Below are positions 32,438 through 44,063 of a DNA stretch of 64,000 nucleotides, in pieces. The notes below the pieces were generated by a model. The model saw nothing but the letters and a program-made list of their open reading frames with translations. It had not been told where the DNA came from and made no database searches. A program made the position numbers and the translations under genes. The first letter of the stretch is position 1; every line of letters starts with the position of its first letter. The DNA comes from Nemertoderma westbladi (lineage: Eukaryota > Animalia > Xenacoelomorpha). The DNA is taken from the NCBI GenBank assembly GCA_032718475.1, contig JAUCBJ010000699.1:66496-130495 (forward strand). Direction: 5' to 3'.

Positions 32438-35421
32438 CTATCCGCAATAATTCCCCCCTCCCCTGGGTATATGTTATATCCTTTCGTGCTGTAGTCATAC
32501 TGCTGCACTGGTACCGGTATAGGCCTATCAGCTTCTGGCCTACCTGCCGGTATGTACTCCGCGACTTCCGGGTTTAATTCCGTCGTCCGCGCTATCCTAT
32601 CGCCTACATTATTCCTGTCAGCATGGCCTATGGTATATGCAGTAAGGCCTACAGTATGTCCTACAGTCTGTATGTATTGCTCGGGATCGAAGTTTATTCT
32701 TCTCGAATAATCCTCCCCGCGGTTACCGTACTCTCGATCCGTTGGTATATCCCATCGGAAAGTTTCTCTTCGACCCTCTCTACTACTCTCGTCTACGTGC
32801 CGGTACATCGCTATCCGTCCTCGCTCTCCTGTCGTTCGCGGCGATACTTCTTCTGCTGTCTTCTCTTCTCCTCCTCTCAGTGCAATATTCCCGCTCATGA
32901 GATCTCTCGTCGACCTCCCGGTTAAACTCCACTGTTCTTCTTCCCTCTTCTGATCGGGCTCGACGCTTCGTCCGCCCTCTCGCGACATCGACCTGCTTCT
33001 CTCTGCTCGATCGCACGCCGCTGGGGATACTCGCAATCCCCCTATTACTCTCCGTCGCCGGGTGTTGCGGTTTACCTGATTCGGCCCGCGCATTATCCAC
33101 TGACGGCTGTGGGACACTCTCTGCCCCCCCCCCCCCCCTTCGCCACTAATTTCTCGTTGTGGGGCTCCTGTAGCCCCCCCCCCCCACTCGCCACATATTA
33201 TACCGCTACCTCTAACTTCTCTTCTACACCCCTCTCCAGTCGACACTATATTTCTACTGCGGCTGGGTTCACTTACCCCTGCCTCTCTCTCCACTACTAC
33301 TTGGCCTATCGGGCCTACTCCGGGTTGGCTCAACCCCGCCACCTCCTGCCTACTAACTACGTGGCCTACCATGCCACCGTCGGGTCGACTCAACCCCGCC
33401 ACCTCCTGCCTGCTAACTACGTGGCCTACCAGGCCACCGTCTGTCGGCTCATGCACGTCCGACGCGTTCGCGTTAATAGCACCTATATTAGAAACGGAAT
33501 TATTTTGTTCGTTCGAAATAGAATCATTTGGATTATTTTGCGCGACTACGTTATTTGAATTATTTTGTAAATTCGGGCTTGGATTATTATTTAAATTATT
33601 TGAGTTATTATTATTTTCTAAATTTAAATTATCATTCGGATTATTTTGCACGTTTAAATCAAAATTATTATTTAGGCTATCTGTATTTAAATTCAAATTA
33701 CTACTACCAGGCAAAGTATTTCCTGCAATATAAGTTTGGTTAGGATTATCCGATACGGTACCATTAATATTAACGTCGTCTACAGTAGCATTATTATTAC
33801 CCCCCCCCCCCCCCCCCCCGCCCGTACGGTCACACCAGTTTCGTGTCTGTCGTGCGGTCCCTGTAAGTGGGGTATTAATAAATGTATCCACGGCCCCTGG
33901 CTCCTCGAGAATATTCGAGCCAGCCCCGCTCTCAGATGCCCCTATCCGCGCCAGTTCTAGTTCGCGTATGCGTCTAGCCTTGTACTCTATAAGCTCCTTT
34001 TGCTCTCTTTCCATTTTTTCTCGCAAACGCTTCTCTCTTGCCATTCTCTCCTGGTCCTCCCGTGCGTTCTGGTTGGCCAGTTCCGCCTCTCTCTTAGCTC
34101 GCTCCCTTCACCTCGCCTCACGCTCTCTACGCTCACTTTCCTCTCTCGCCTCACGTTCCTTGCGTTCCTTTTCCTCTCTCGCCTCACGTTCCTTGCGTTC
34201 CTTTTCCTCTCTCGCCTCACGTTCCTTGCGTTCTGCCTCACGCTCTTTGCGTTCTGCCTCACGCTCTTTGCGTTTACTTTTCTCTCTCGCCACACGCTCC
34301 TCTTGTTCCCTCCTTTCTATTTCCTCACACTCCTTAAGGCTTTCCACGGCCTTCTCGGCCCTCTCCCTGGTTTCTCTAATCAGTACTGCTTCCCTCTCTA
34401 GTTGTATTCTCCCCTCCTCTAACCGCCTATTTAACTCTCTCTGACCTTGTTCTATCAGGTTGAGATGGTACGTGGCATTTATCTCTCTCACCCGTCTTTC
34501 TTTCACGGAGGATGTAGCAGACTTATCGGTTACGACGGATTCCCTCCGCCTTCCCGACCTACTAACTCTCCCCCCCTTTCCAGAACTTCCCCCGACCGAC
34601 GAGATCGAATCCTCAGGCTCAACCTCGGATTCGCCCTCCTCAGGTCTCCTCCAACCCACAAATTTTACACCCTGGGCATCGACTAAGTATGGCCCTACGT
34701 ACACTGCACTAGGTTGCATACCCCTACACCGCCATAAATCACACAGTTCCTCTGCAACCCCTCTCGCTCTCTCCTTGGCCAGTTCTCTCTGCCCGAAACG
34801 CATTAGATAGCTAAAATGTCTATTCGACTCATCTAGTCCTCTCGTTAACTTCACCTCATCTATCTCCGTCCCCTTCTTGGCCTCCTTTAGTAGCTTCCGG
34901 GTCGCGTTGTAGGCCCGTCGAAGTTGATCAGAAACCCCGACGTCCTCGTTGCCGACCTCTCCTCCGTCTCTCCGGGTCCGACGTCGTACCGGCGGCCCCA
35001 CCGTCGCCGTTCCGGTGGGCCGTCCGTCGCCCTCGGCCTGTAGCTGGCCAGCGACATCGGTACCGACATCTCCCCCGTCTCTCCGGGTCCGGCGTTGTAC
35101 CGTCGGTCCCACCGTCGCCGTTTCGGTGGGCCGTTCGTCGCCCTCGGCCTGTGGCTGGCCGGCGACGTCGGCACGTCGACCCTCGTTCTGTGTCGACTCG
35201 TCTCCTTCTCCTTCCAACTCACCCTCTCGGTCTCTCAACTCGACTCCCCCTCCTCTCGACTCGACCTCTGGCTCCAGACGGCCCCCCTCGTCCTGAACTG
35301 CCGGATCACCCGTTACCGATGGGTCTGGCGACGTGGGCCTATACCGCCTGGTCGCGGCCTCACGGATCGTTAGTTCTTCGTCCGGGGTCCGCGTCGGTGT
35401 CATCTCTCCTGACTGACTCAT
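32395..35421 (-). CDS. gag: Long low-complexity/coiled-coil Gag N-terminal region interrupted by one in-frame TGA (34108-34110)
   Basis: ORFs 34108-35421 and 32395-34044 are in the same frame and joined by open codons after TGA; PEDSISSV motif followed by an E/R/K coiled coil, typical of BEL Gag N-termini. Confidence 0.7.
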
Positions 35422-35489
35422 CTCTCTTCAATAGATTGGTGGCTGGTAGTTACTGAGTTCAACTAGGGCGGCAGCTCTGATTCAATTAC

Positions 35490-36033
35490 TGTGACGGGAT
35501 CCAGGAAGGATCCCGATTTATCCGGTTTGTCAATTCACGCATCCCCGCCGTGTGTGAAAGATAAAAGAGTTTACGTTGTTCGTTGTATATAATATTCGGG
35601 ATATGTATAGTATAGATATAGATAATGGATAAGATAAATATTGTTGTACGCGGAAGGCGGGAAACGGTAATTGAAATCCCGGTACTTCCCTAGCTAAACT
35701 ATTGCTACTGTAACACCAATAACACTGAGATAACTGAATGAGATGATTACTGCCAACTGGTTATATTGCACGGGTTGGCCTTGTTACTGTACCTAACCGA
35801 TGCCTTTTCCCCCTCTGATTGGCTAATGTCCCTATTGGCGCCCTTTGGAGTGTTTCCGTTCACTCCAGCTATTCTCTCTCGGTTAGGGGTTTGGCCCCTG
35901 ACCCTCATTGTGTGTTTCTCCTTCCCACTTTGTTGGGGTGACACGAGTTGTTAGTTACCCAATCTCGTGGCCCCCAATATTGCTTAACGGTTGACTTTAT
36001 GGGTTTGTGTTAGCGGAATTGAATAAGCTAACA
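35490..36033 (-). repeat. 5' LTR (544 bp)
   Basis: Direct repeat of 22038-22582. Confidence 0.97.
35732..35838 (-). promoter_or_regulatory. Putative LTR Pol II promoter: CCAAT x2, TATAA and TCAGTT initiator
   Basis: Minus strand: CCAAT at 35838-35834 and 35822-35818; TATAA starting 35765; TCAGTT with A at 35735, exactly 30 nt downstream. Confidence 0.55.
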
Positions 36034-36431
36034 TAATTAATAACATTCATTGGAAATACATGCATGCATGCAGTTAGATTTGAATTTCCCGCCCACACAA
36101 AGTGTTTATCCATGAATGAATGATGAAAATCATTAAAATTGAAGCTTCAGTAGCCCTTGGCTAATATACCGGTATAAGAGATCGTCTACTGTAGGCGCAT
36201 ATATATATATAATTGGGGCTGCGGGTGCTGCTTTCGGTTGAAATTAACTTATGAACTTAATTTCGGGAATATTTTATTTCCTTTTCAAAACCAAAATATT
36301 AACCTAAATTTATCACAGTTGACTGTTAACATTTTACTCCTAGCTACAGTATGGGTCGTTTCTAATTCTCCAATATAAGAATCGATACTCGGCATTATAG
36401 CTATACCAAATTGGAGTAATTTATTATTGGT

Positions 36432-36728
36432 GTTATGCGTGAATGAGGTGTTTCATATATTATTATAACTTTTTGTTGGGCACAGCTTTTACAAAGTCGG
36501 CATTGACGTCCAGCTGGGATCGAACTGGTGACCTCCGGGTTAGGCTATGGGGAGGTAAATTGCGGACATACAAGGTATCAGGTAGTATTTCCAGGTTTAT
36601 CTGTTACCTGAGCCGCTAGCTGAATGGTTAGAGCGTCAGACTTCCAACCCGGAGGTCACCAGTTCGATCCCACCTGGACGTCAATGCCGACTTTGTAAAT
36701 GCTTTCCCCAACAAAAAGTTATAATAAA
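36432..36728. mobile_element. Second head-to-head pair of the tRNA-derived repeat (left arm truncated)
   Basis: Minus arm ~36432-36542; plus arm 36552-36728 with TAGCTGAATGGTTAGAGCGTCAGACTTCCAA...CCAGTTCGATCCC. Confidence 0.7.
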
Positions 36729-37456
36729 ATTGGAGTACACCAATTGGAAATCTGCATCCTCCGCTTTCCTCTGCATATCCTCTAAATTCAATTTAATTAG
36801 GATTAATCATTGAGGTAACCACAATTATGAATAAGAATGTTACATTACAAGTGTTATGGGGACTCCCCATAATTATTGCAAGTATGCTGACCATAATCGA
36901 CGCAATCAAAATAAAGCAATAAAATCGACTCAAATAGCAGCTGATTACTCCCAAAAATAACACTATCCTGTTCTATTGACTTTCGTTTATTTTTTTTTGG
37001 TTATTAAATATAAATTGGTTGGAATATTTTTAGGCAAAATACTTTCTGGGTCAGAGTGCTGATAATGTAGATAGTTTTGATAAAGTATATAGTGCACTAT
37101 CGGTTATATAGGATGTTTTTTTACTGGAAATGATGCACACACAAGTCATTCGCCCGTTTCGTATTAGTGCTGGAATGGTGAAAGCGCATTTAAGGCATAA
37201 TGGATTATTAAAACTTGTTATATATTTACACATACTGGCACATTCTGAAAAATAAAATTGATACATGCAAAGAAAAAAAGATTTTTTGTTTGATAAGGAT
37301 AGTCTTATAGTTTCACATTTATATTATAAATTTACTATGCATTTACATTTGTTTACAAGAAAGTCTATTATTATTGCCTTAATTAATGAATAATTCGCAT
37401 AATATTAATTAATTAATCTCATAAATATAGCGTAGAATATCTATTTTATCAGTTTA

Positions 37457-38668
37457 TTATAACTTTGCTTTAGTTTCTGGCTTCGCTAATAGCGGTGAAA
37501 ATTTAAAATTTGGATCAGTAACAGCTGGCCTCTGGTACCGAAACCCAGTAATATCCCATCGAGTCATCCCATCTAGCGACAAATCCGCGCAAATTTTACC
37601 CAAAACAGAGGCAAACTTGTAGGCATGACCAGCGCCGCAGCATACAATAACCTCTGGATGACCAATAGAGGCGAGGCTATCCACCACAAATTCGCGATCT
37701 CTTGTTACTGTGTAGAGACACGTCTTGGAATATAGAATATCTCCAAGAGACCCTGGTATTACCTCTGAAAGGAACTTAACGCACGCATCCAACCTCACCT
37801 GGTCCACATCAAATGTTCTCGTATCAGCAGTGGTTGGAGCTCGACAATAATCGATACCAACTTTAGTACCACTGTTCCCATGAATAGGAAGGCCGTAGAT
37901 ATCATACTTATCAGCATGATAGATGTAGCAAGGAAACCGTTCCTTCGTGAAGTCTTTGATATTCGGAGTTGCAAAGTAATGAACTTGTTCTTGAGATACG
38001 ACAACGGGAATGTTTGCTCCAAATTGATTTATTACCTGATTCACCCATGCCCCGGAAGTTACAATTACCTTCCTTGCAAAAAAATCACCCTTTGTTGTTG
38101 TAACACATGTATAATGGCCAAATGATTTGCAGTGGATAATCTTTGCTTCTTGCACTATATGAGCGCCATGTTTCCGCGACAACTGAATATGAACAGCATT
38201 GGCCAATGCTGCATCAACTAGCCCACCTTCAGGGTCAAAATGAGCCAAGTGTTCTCCAACTAACTTAAATTGAGGAAACTTCTCCATCATATCTTGAGTA
38301 TCCAGTTGATAACAAGTATTTCCTGTTTCTCGCATAGCCATCATGTAATCAGCTGCCACATGTTCTCTACCACTACCTTTCCTTGCTATGTCTACTGCCC
38401 CTGTTTTATATACCAACTGTAAGCCACTTTCTGCTTCAACATGCTCCCAACATTGGTAGGCCCCCGCAGCTAGACGGCAGTATTTACCATCATGGTATAG
38501 GTAACGAATGATTCTGGATTCATCCTGCGATCCTCCATTATGATGACCAAGTTTGAATTGTTCCAGGCCGATGACATTTTTACCAAGTCGCTGTGATAAC
38601 CAGTAGAGGGTGGAACTGCCAATACCTCCAAGGCCAATAACCAAACATTTGTAAATGGTTTCAGACAT
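37457..38668 (-). CDS. PIPOX-like: Monomeric sarcosine/pipecolate oxidase-family flavoprotein (MSOX/SolA/PIPOX family), peroxisomal, single exon
   Basis: VIGLGGIGS FAD motif; GGSQDESRIIR; CLYT covalent-flavin Cys motif; GAGHAYKFAS; C-terminal -AKL PTS1. Confidence 0.9.
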   Translation of the reverse strand: MSETIYKCLVIGLGGIGSSTLYWLSQRLGKNVIGLEQFKLGHHNGGSQDESRIIRYLYHDGKYCRLAAGAYQCWEHVEAESGLQLVYKTGAVDIARKGSGREHVAADYMMAMRETGNTCYQLDTQDMMEKFPQFKLVGEHLAHFDPEGGLVDAALANAVHIQLSRKHGAHIVQEAKIIHCKSFGHYTCVTTTKGDFFARKVIVTSGAWVNQVINQFGANIPVVVSQEQVHYFATPNIKDFTKERFPCYIYHADKYDIYGLPIHGNSGTKVGIDYCRAPTTADTRTFDVDQVRLDACVKFLSEVIPGSLGDILYSKTCLYTVTRDREFVVDSLASIGHPEVIVCCGAGHAYKFASVLGKICADLSLDGMTRWDITGFRYQRPAVTDPNFKFSPLLAKPETKAKL

Positions 38669-39024
38669 ATCTTATATATGTTGTTACTGAATATAAGAAG
38701 AAATATTTAACCTTATTGTATAGTAGATATATGTCTATAAATTATTGATATGGTCCACCTAAATGGTTTAAATATGTGAAGATCTATTTTATGTTAAATA
38801 CGCAAATACTTATAGAATAGTATTTGATAGTATTTGATAAATTAATGATACCATTACATACTGTAGATGGATAGAGTAAGATCAGCAATTCCACAGTATC
38901 CTGTGAGTTTTGTTCATTGTATTTGAAAGCAAAGCCCACACTATAACTGTATAGTTTTGTATTATTTTCATTTGTAATATTTAATAAACTGAAATTGTAG
39001 TTTCCATAACAGTAGGATCTAAAG

Positions 39025-39915
39025 AGAGACCATGGAGCCTAATCTGGTGCTTAGAAGTATAATCGAAGAGTGATCAACAACAGAAAGACAGATATCTGCC
39101 TATTATCCTTGTTGTCTTCTTTAAGGCCTTCGACTCAGTCTCTTGACCATGTATGTTCTGCATACTTGCAGTATATGGAATTCCTGAGGAAATATTTGCA
39201 GCTATCATATCACTGTATGATGGTTCCACCACTTCTGATGGTGATTCAGATCTATTCAAAGTCTTATGGGGAGTCTTCAGGGTGATACACTTGCACAATT
39301 CTTATTCAAATTATGGTTGATTATGTTCTGCACATGTCCTTAGACCATCTAAATAAATATTGGGTGATGGTAACACTACCCACTGGCACAAGAACTAGGG
39401 GAAAGCCAGCAAAGTACCTTACTGATCTAGACATTGCTGATGACTTAGGGTTACTGTCAGAGTCACTAGATAGAGCCCAAAGTCTCCTCTACTCATTGGA
39501 GCATGTTGCTTCTTGTATTTATCTTTTTGTAAACTCCCAAAGGACCAATATTTTGACAGTGAACCTTGACAGCCCTCAATACCTGATTGTAAGGGCATAA
39601 GATCCAGGGGTGGCTTGCTTGAGCATGTGGATGACTTCTGCCCCTTGAGGTCATGGATCTGGAAGTCAGGTGGAAACCTTCGGATATGTACGGGGAATGC
39701 ATGGGCAGCATTTAATAGTCTGTCCAGGATTTGGAGGTCCCATAGAATAAAACGGAACCTCAAGCTTCGGTTATTTAGGGTAGCAGTAGTCGCAGTCTTA
39801 TATGGAAGTCCATGCTAGACTTTAACTGCAGACAACACCAGATCTCTGGATGGCACTTTTATAAGAAGCTGGGTTCATTGTGTCAAGTACAATGAACACA
39901 TCTCCAACATTGGGA
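39025..39915 (+). pseudogene. Decayed RTE-like LINE fragment (fourth copy of the family)
   Basis: Colinear with ~2825-3755: ccatggagcc, VDYVL.MSLDH, PAKYLTDLD.ADDLG, LEHVDDFC, AW.A.N.LSRIW. Confidence 0.88.
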
Positions 39916-40619
39916 ATGAGTTCCACTTGGTAACATAATTGCCTGTTGTTATGGAGGATATTTATTTGTACTGAATACAGTACAGTAGGTTTAACTCATT
40001 TACACAAACTAGGCTGGGTAGTGCAACATGTGGAGTCTAATTGATATAATGATCATTATTGGTTCTGTTTAAAAAAGTGTTTCAAAAAAATTGATTTTTA
40101 TAAACTTTCCAAAACCCCATAATGTTATATACCTATGCAGGTCTAGTTTTACGGAACTGACGCTAAAAAATACCAAATTAGCAACCAAAGTATACAAATT
40201 TGTGTAATACTTTGGATAATTTTTTTCTGGTATACATTTTATAGAATACTTTGGATGACATTTATCTCAAAGTATACCAAAAATGAAAAAATTAAATCAG
40301 TGGTAATTCTCCTCAATGGATATCTATTTTTTATCAATATATAGGCCTGTATACCACACTCAGAAACAATAACTCATTTATTTATACTGGTACCCAGTAT
40401 ACAAAATACACGGCAATGGTAGTTATTAGTCTTAGGTCCTACCCCTGTAATTCATGGATGAATTATCTATGCAAATATTAGTCTATGCTAGTTTCTAGAA
40501 TTCGTGATTGGTTAGGTAAGGAAGCCATGAAACGTTTCATCATTATCATCGTAACAATCAAATAAAATTTCTCGCCCCATCACCTACTTTTCCTCTGTCT
40601 CTAACAATACCTGGTAGAT

Positions 40620-42100
40620 CTACTACTTAAGACTCAGTTTGCTTTCCCCTTTTAATACATGTCTTTCTATCAACCTTGATATATTTAGGAGGAAACAATG
40701 AACTGGATAGATTGTGTAACTCATATTAGTGATTGACCTAATATTAACTCAATGCTATGAACATCTCATAGTCCATCACTTAAATAGAAAAACACTATGC
40801 TTTCAAGCGATTTGGTTCTACCAGAAAGTTCAAAGAAGTCATAGGCACTGTTAATAACTTCACCTTTCAACTCCAGTTGATCCATTTCCTGTTTTATGAG
40901 GGAACCTAACTCATCCGGGGCGCCTTTTCCATGGCCTGTTTCGAAGAAATGATAGGTTATGCCCAAATTATCTGAGAGAGAAACCATATCATTCAAAGCA
41001 AAGCGACTCTTGTACTGATTGGCAGCACCATCAGACCACCTTATAAACTTATTAATAAAGTGACCCTCTTGACGCAGGTACTGAACTATTTTTTGAATGA
41101 CAAGTGGAACAAAATAATGATTGTGATGTTTGCTGTCCGATATAAATGCCATGTTAATAGATTGACCAGCTGTTAAGTAAATTCTCACGGGATGAATATT
41201 ATGATTTACAATTTGTTCCAATGTGCTTGTTGAATTTCATTGTCATGAGTGACAGTGAAATTCTCAGCAAAATCCATCCAAGCTAAAACTTGACCCTCCT
41301 GCAGAGACTGAGAAAGATAATGGCGAGCCTCATACTGGTGTGAACCTTGAAATAAATGCCGCGAAATAAATTTAAAATCAATGATTATTAACTTAACAAG
41401 GTTGTCGCATCAGTTTCAATTTAATTTAAAACCCACTTGTTGCTCTCTTTCTCTTTTACCCATGATTTATATTTTAATTTTGAGTTTGCTTTGTATGATA
41501 AGGATAAATAATTTGATCGCTACCGCAAACTGGATCAGGGTGGATTTTGTAGCAATCAAAGGGTTTGCAGGCACATCCACTTTCTGATTTCATACGAGAG
41601 TTAAAAGTGAACTCGATAGGCAAATTGCTAACTTTCAACTTCGACCCAGAGCAACCATTGCCTCGAGCTTGAATCGAAAGTTCGTGCAATATGTACACAA
41701 ACAAACACGACGATCTGATCCTTGGATATTTCTAACACAAGATGGTTTACATGACCAGAAGGAAGAGAAACCGAGTGGAAATGATGGGTATTTCGTCCTA
41801 AAAATGGTGAAAGCTTCTCTAGCATTGATTGCAAAAGCACAAATAACGCCTTTCTTGGATGGTAAAGCTCTCGAAATCTCATCATCTAGGTAGAAATTTT
41901 AAATAGTATCTTTCCATTTTAAAATATACGTCTTGAATTTTCTTTCATTAAAGCTACACCATATAAACATTATGTTGAAGCCAAGATTTTGACGAATTGT
42001 TTGCCAAGATTTTCCCTCCTTATGCATTTCTGCTATTAATTTCTTTTTAGACTTTCTATCTAGAACATTAAATACTGACATTTATTTTCCTTTTTATTAT
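40620..42100 (-). pseudogene. Decayed DNA transposase, probably Sola2-like
   Basis: Manual translation WMDFAENFTVTHDNEIQQAHW (~41215-41280) followed by WSDGAANQYKSRF and HFFETGHGKGAPD in ORF 40766-41221; multiple frameshifts. Confidence 0.7.
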
Positions 42101-42589
42101 TCTCTTTCCTGATTTCACTTTTTTAACTTTACTGGTACATTTTTTTAAATGCATTTTCTCTCAGTTTGGTGTTCTCTTTAGCAAGAATGGTGATTTACTC
42201 CTCAAGTTCTTTTATCGTCCTAGATTGTTGCCCTCAGACACAACATGAAGTTGTTTGTGATTCCGATACTGACTTGATGGTGCTGCTACCACCACTTGAG
42301 ATTGCATTTTTCTGGAGCCTTTTATGTCCATAACGTCTCTGTTTTAATCTCCGGTTTTCTCTGACCCTACAGTATCTGCCAATTCCTTATCAACCTGCAC
42401 ATTATTCGCTTTAATTTTTGTATATTTATCATGCTCATACTCTTTTTCTTAATTTTTTCTTTCTCATAATAATCTTTATTCTTTCTCCGGTATATAGTAC
42501 TGGTACTACCATTTGCGCTGTAACATGTACTTTTCGGTTTTAACGTTTTTCTACTAGAATGTTTTTACCTAACCTTATGAGGGCTGTGA

Positions 42590-42708
42590 GCTGTTAGCTG
42601 TAGGTGTAGGCCTACCACTGTTAGCTGTAGGCATATGCCTACTTACTGCTGTTAGCTATAGGCGTAGGCCTACCACTGTTAGCTGTACTGTAGGCATAGG
42701 CCTACCAT
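42590..42708. repeat. Short degenerate tandem repeat, ~4 copies
   Basis: CTGTTAGCTGTAGG(C/T)GTAGGCCTACCA units. Confidence 0.8.
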
Positions 42709-43392
42709 GACAACGGCTTCTTACTAGCTTTCTTTTTGTTTTCGAAGTTCCATGCATATTGGAAATTTTAGTTAATTTTTTAGTTTTAAGTTTGTTCTCC
42801 CATATTTCCCAAATGTATATGCAATAAGTCTACGCAATAAATATACTGCTCATTTATTATGCTAATTTAAGCTACTAAAAGAGTTGACCAGTATTGGACA
42901 ATGGGCCTACCCGTTGCTATACATAGGGTATAGGCCTACAAGTTTATTGTACTCCAGTCACCGACTTTTTGCTCATGTATGTGCCATGTTATGTTACTGC
43001 CTAACCAAGTAGTTTCAGCTCTAAACCAAACTCCGAACTCATCGCGAAGCTCGCAGTTTAGTCCGACAATCGGAATCATTCAACGTCTAAATACTACCAC
43101 TACTACTGTATACTACTGTACCAGTACAACACAGTGTATTTATTTTACTTCTGTAGGCTTACTGACTGGCTGAATTAGTATCAATTCTACAATTTATAAA
43201 TACCACCCATTTATGGAAATGGCAGATCAAATGATAAAAGTTGCTGATCAAATAGGCCAATATAGCTATAGCAGTTCAGCGGACTATTGATTTTCTGACT
43301 CATTCTTATAAATCTACACGTTTCCAGTCTTAAATCTTCCGCTTTTTAGTAGGTAGGCCTACATATCATCTGTGAATCGGGCTTACCGCTTA

Positions 43393-43851
43393 CCGGTGTA
43401 CAAGGCTGAAATAACTCCCTCTTGAAATGACTCCCCAGTCATCTCAGCCTAGGCTGAGAACACTCCTCAGTCGTCTCAGCCTAGGCTGAGAACACTCCTC
43501 TCCTCAGTTGTCTCATCCTAGGCTGAGAAAACTCCCCAGTTATCTCAGCGTAGGCTGAGAACACTCCCCTTAGGCTGAGATGACTCCCCTTAGGATGAGA
43601 TGACTCCTCTAATTGAGTAATAATTCATTTTTTTTCGTACCTGTGTTATTTTCGTATATTGCAAAAATAAAACTGTAACCTATGTTATTGAGTTATCGTT
43701 TATTGTTTTGGTTTAGAACATCCTGCCTCTGTAACCTGCTCCTTTCCGTTAATTAAGAAATCCAGGGCGAAAACTGGGGAGTGTTCACAGCCTAGGCTGA
43801 GAAGACTGGGGAGTCATATTTGGTGGGGAGTTATCTCAGCCTGTTACACCA
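43393..43851. mobile_element. MITE with ~27-bp TIRs and internal CTCAGCCTAGGCTGAG palindromic repeats
   Basis: CCGGTGTACAAGGCTGAAATAACTCCC vs GGGAGTTATCTCAGCCTGTTACACCAG; core shared with the 19130-19351 MITE. Confidence 0.7.
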
Positions 43852-44063
43852 GCACCTTTCTACTGTACCTGTACTGTATAAAGACATAACAGTAAACGAC
43901 AGTACGATATACGGTATACTGCAGGACAGCTACAGTATCAGCCAGGCAAATAAGTATTAAGTAGGCCTACTTGTTTAGTTTCATTATCAACCTCAACAAT
44001 GGCGACAACGATGGTCCAAAAAATATGGTGATTCTCTGTGTGTATACTTTGTATAATTTTATG

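Larger units (their letters stand above)
22038..36033 (-). mobile_element. Full-length BEL/Pao LTR retrotransposon with an extra ORF
   Basis: TG...CA LTRs; 5-bp TSD TAATT (22033-22037, 36034-36038); gag-PR-RT-RH-IN domain order with BEL-specific motifs. Confidence 0.97.

Noticed and set aside
23220-35456. Many plus-strand and alternate-frame ORFs overlapping the retrotransposon
   Set aside because: Shadows of long GC-rich coding frames; no recognisable motifs
36610-36685. Functional tRNA gene
   Set aside because: A/B boxes are present but acceptor and anticodon stems pair poorly, and it belongs to a diverged dispersed repeat
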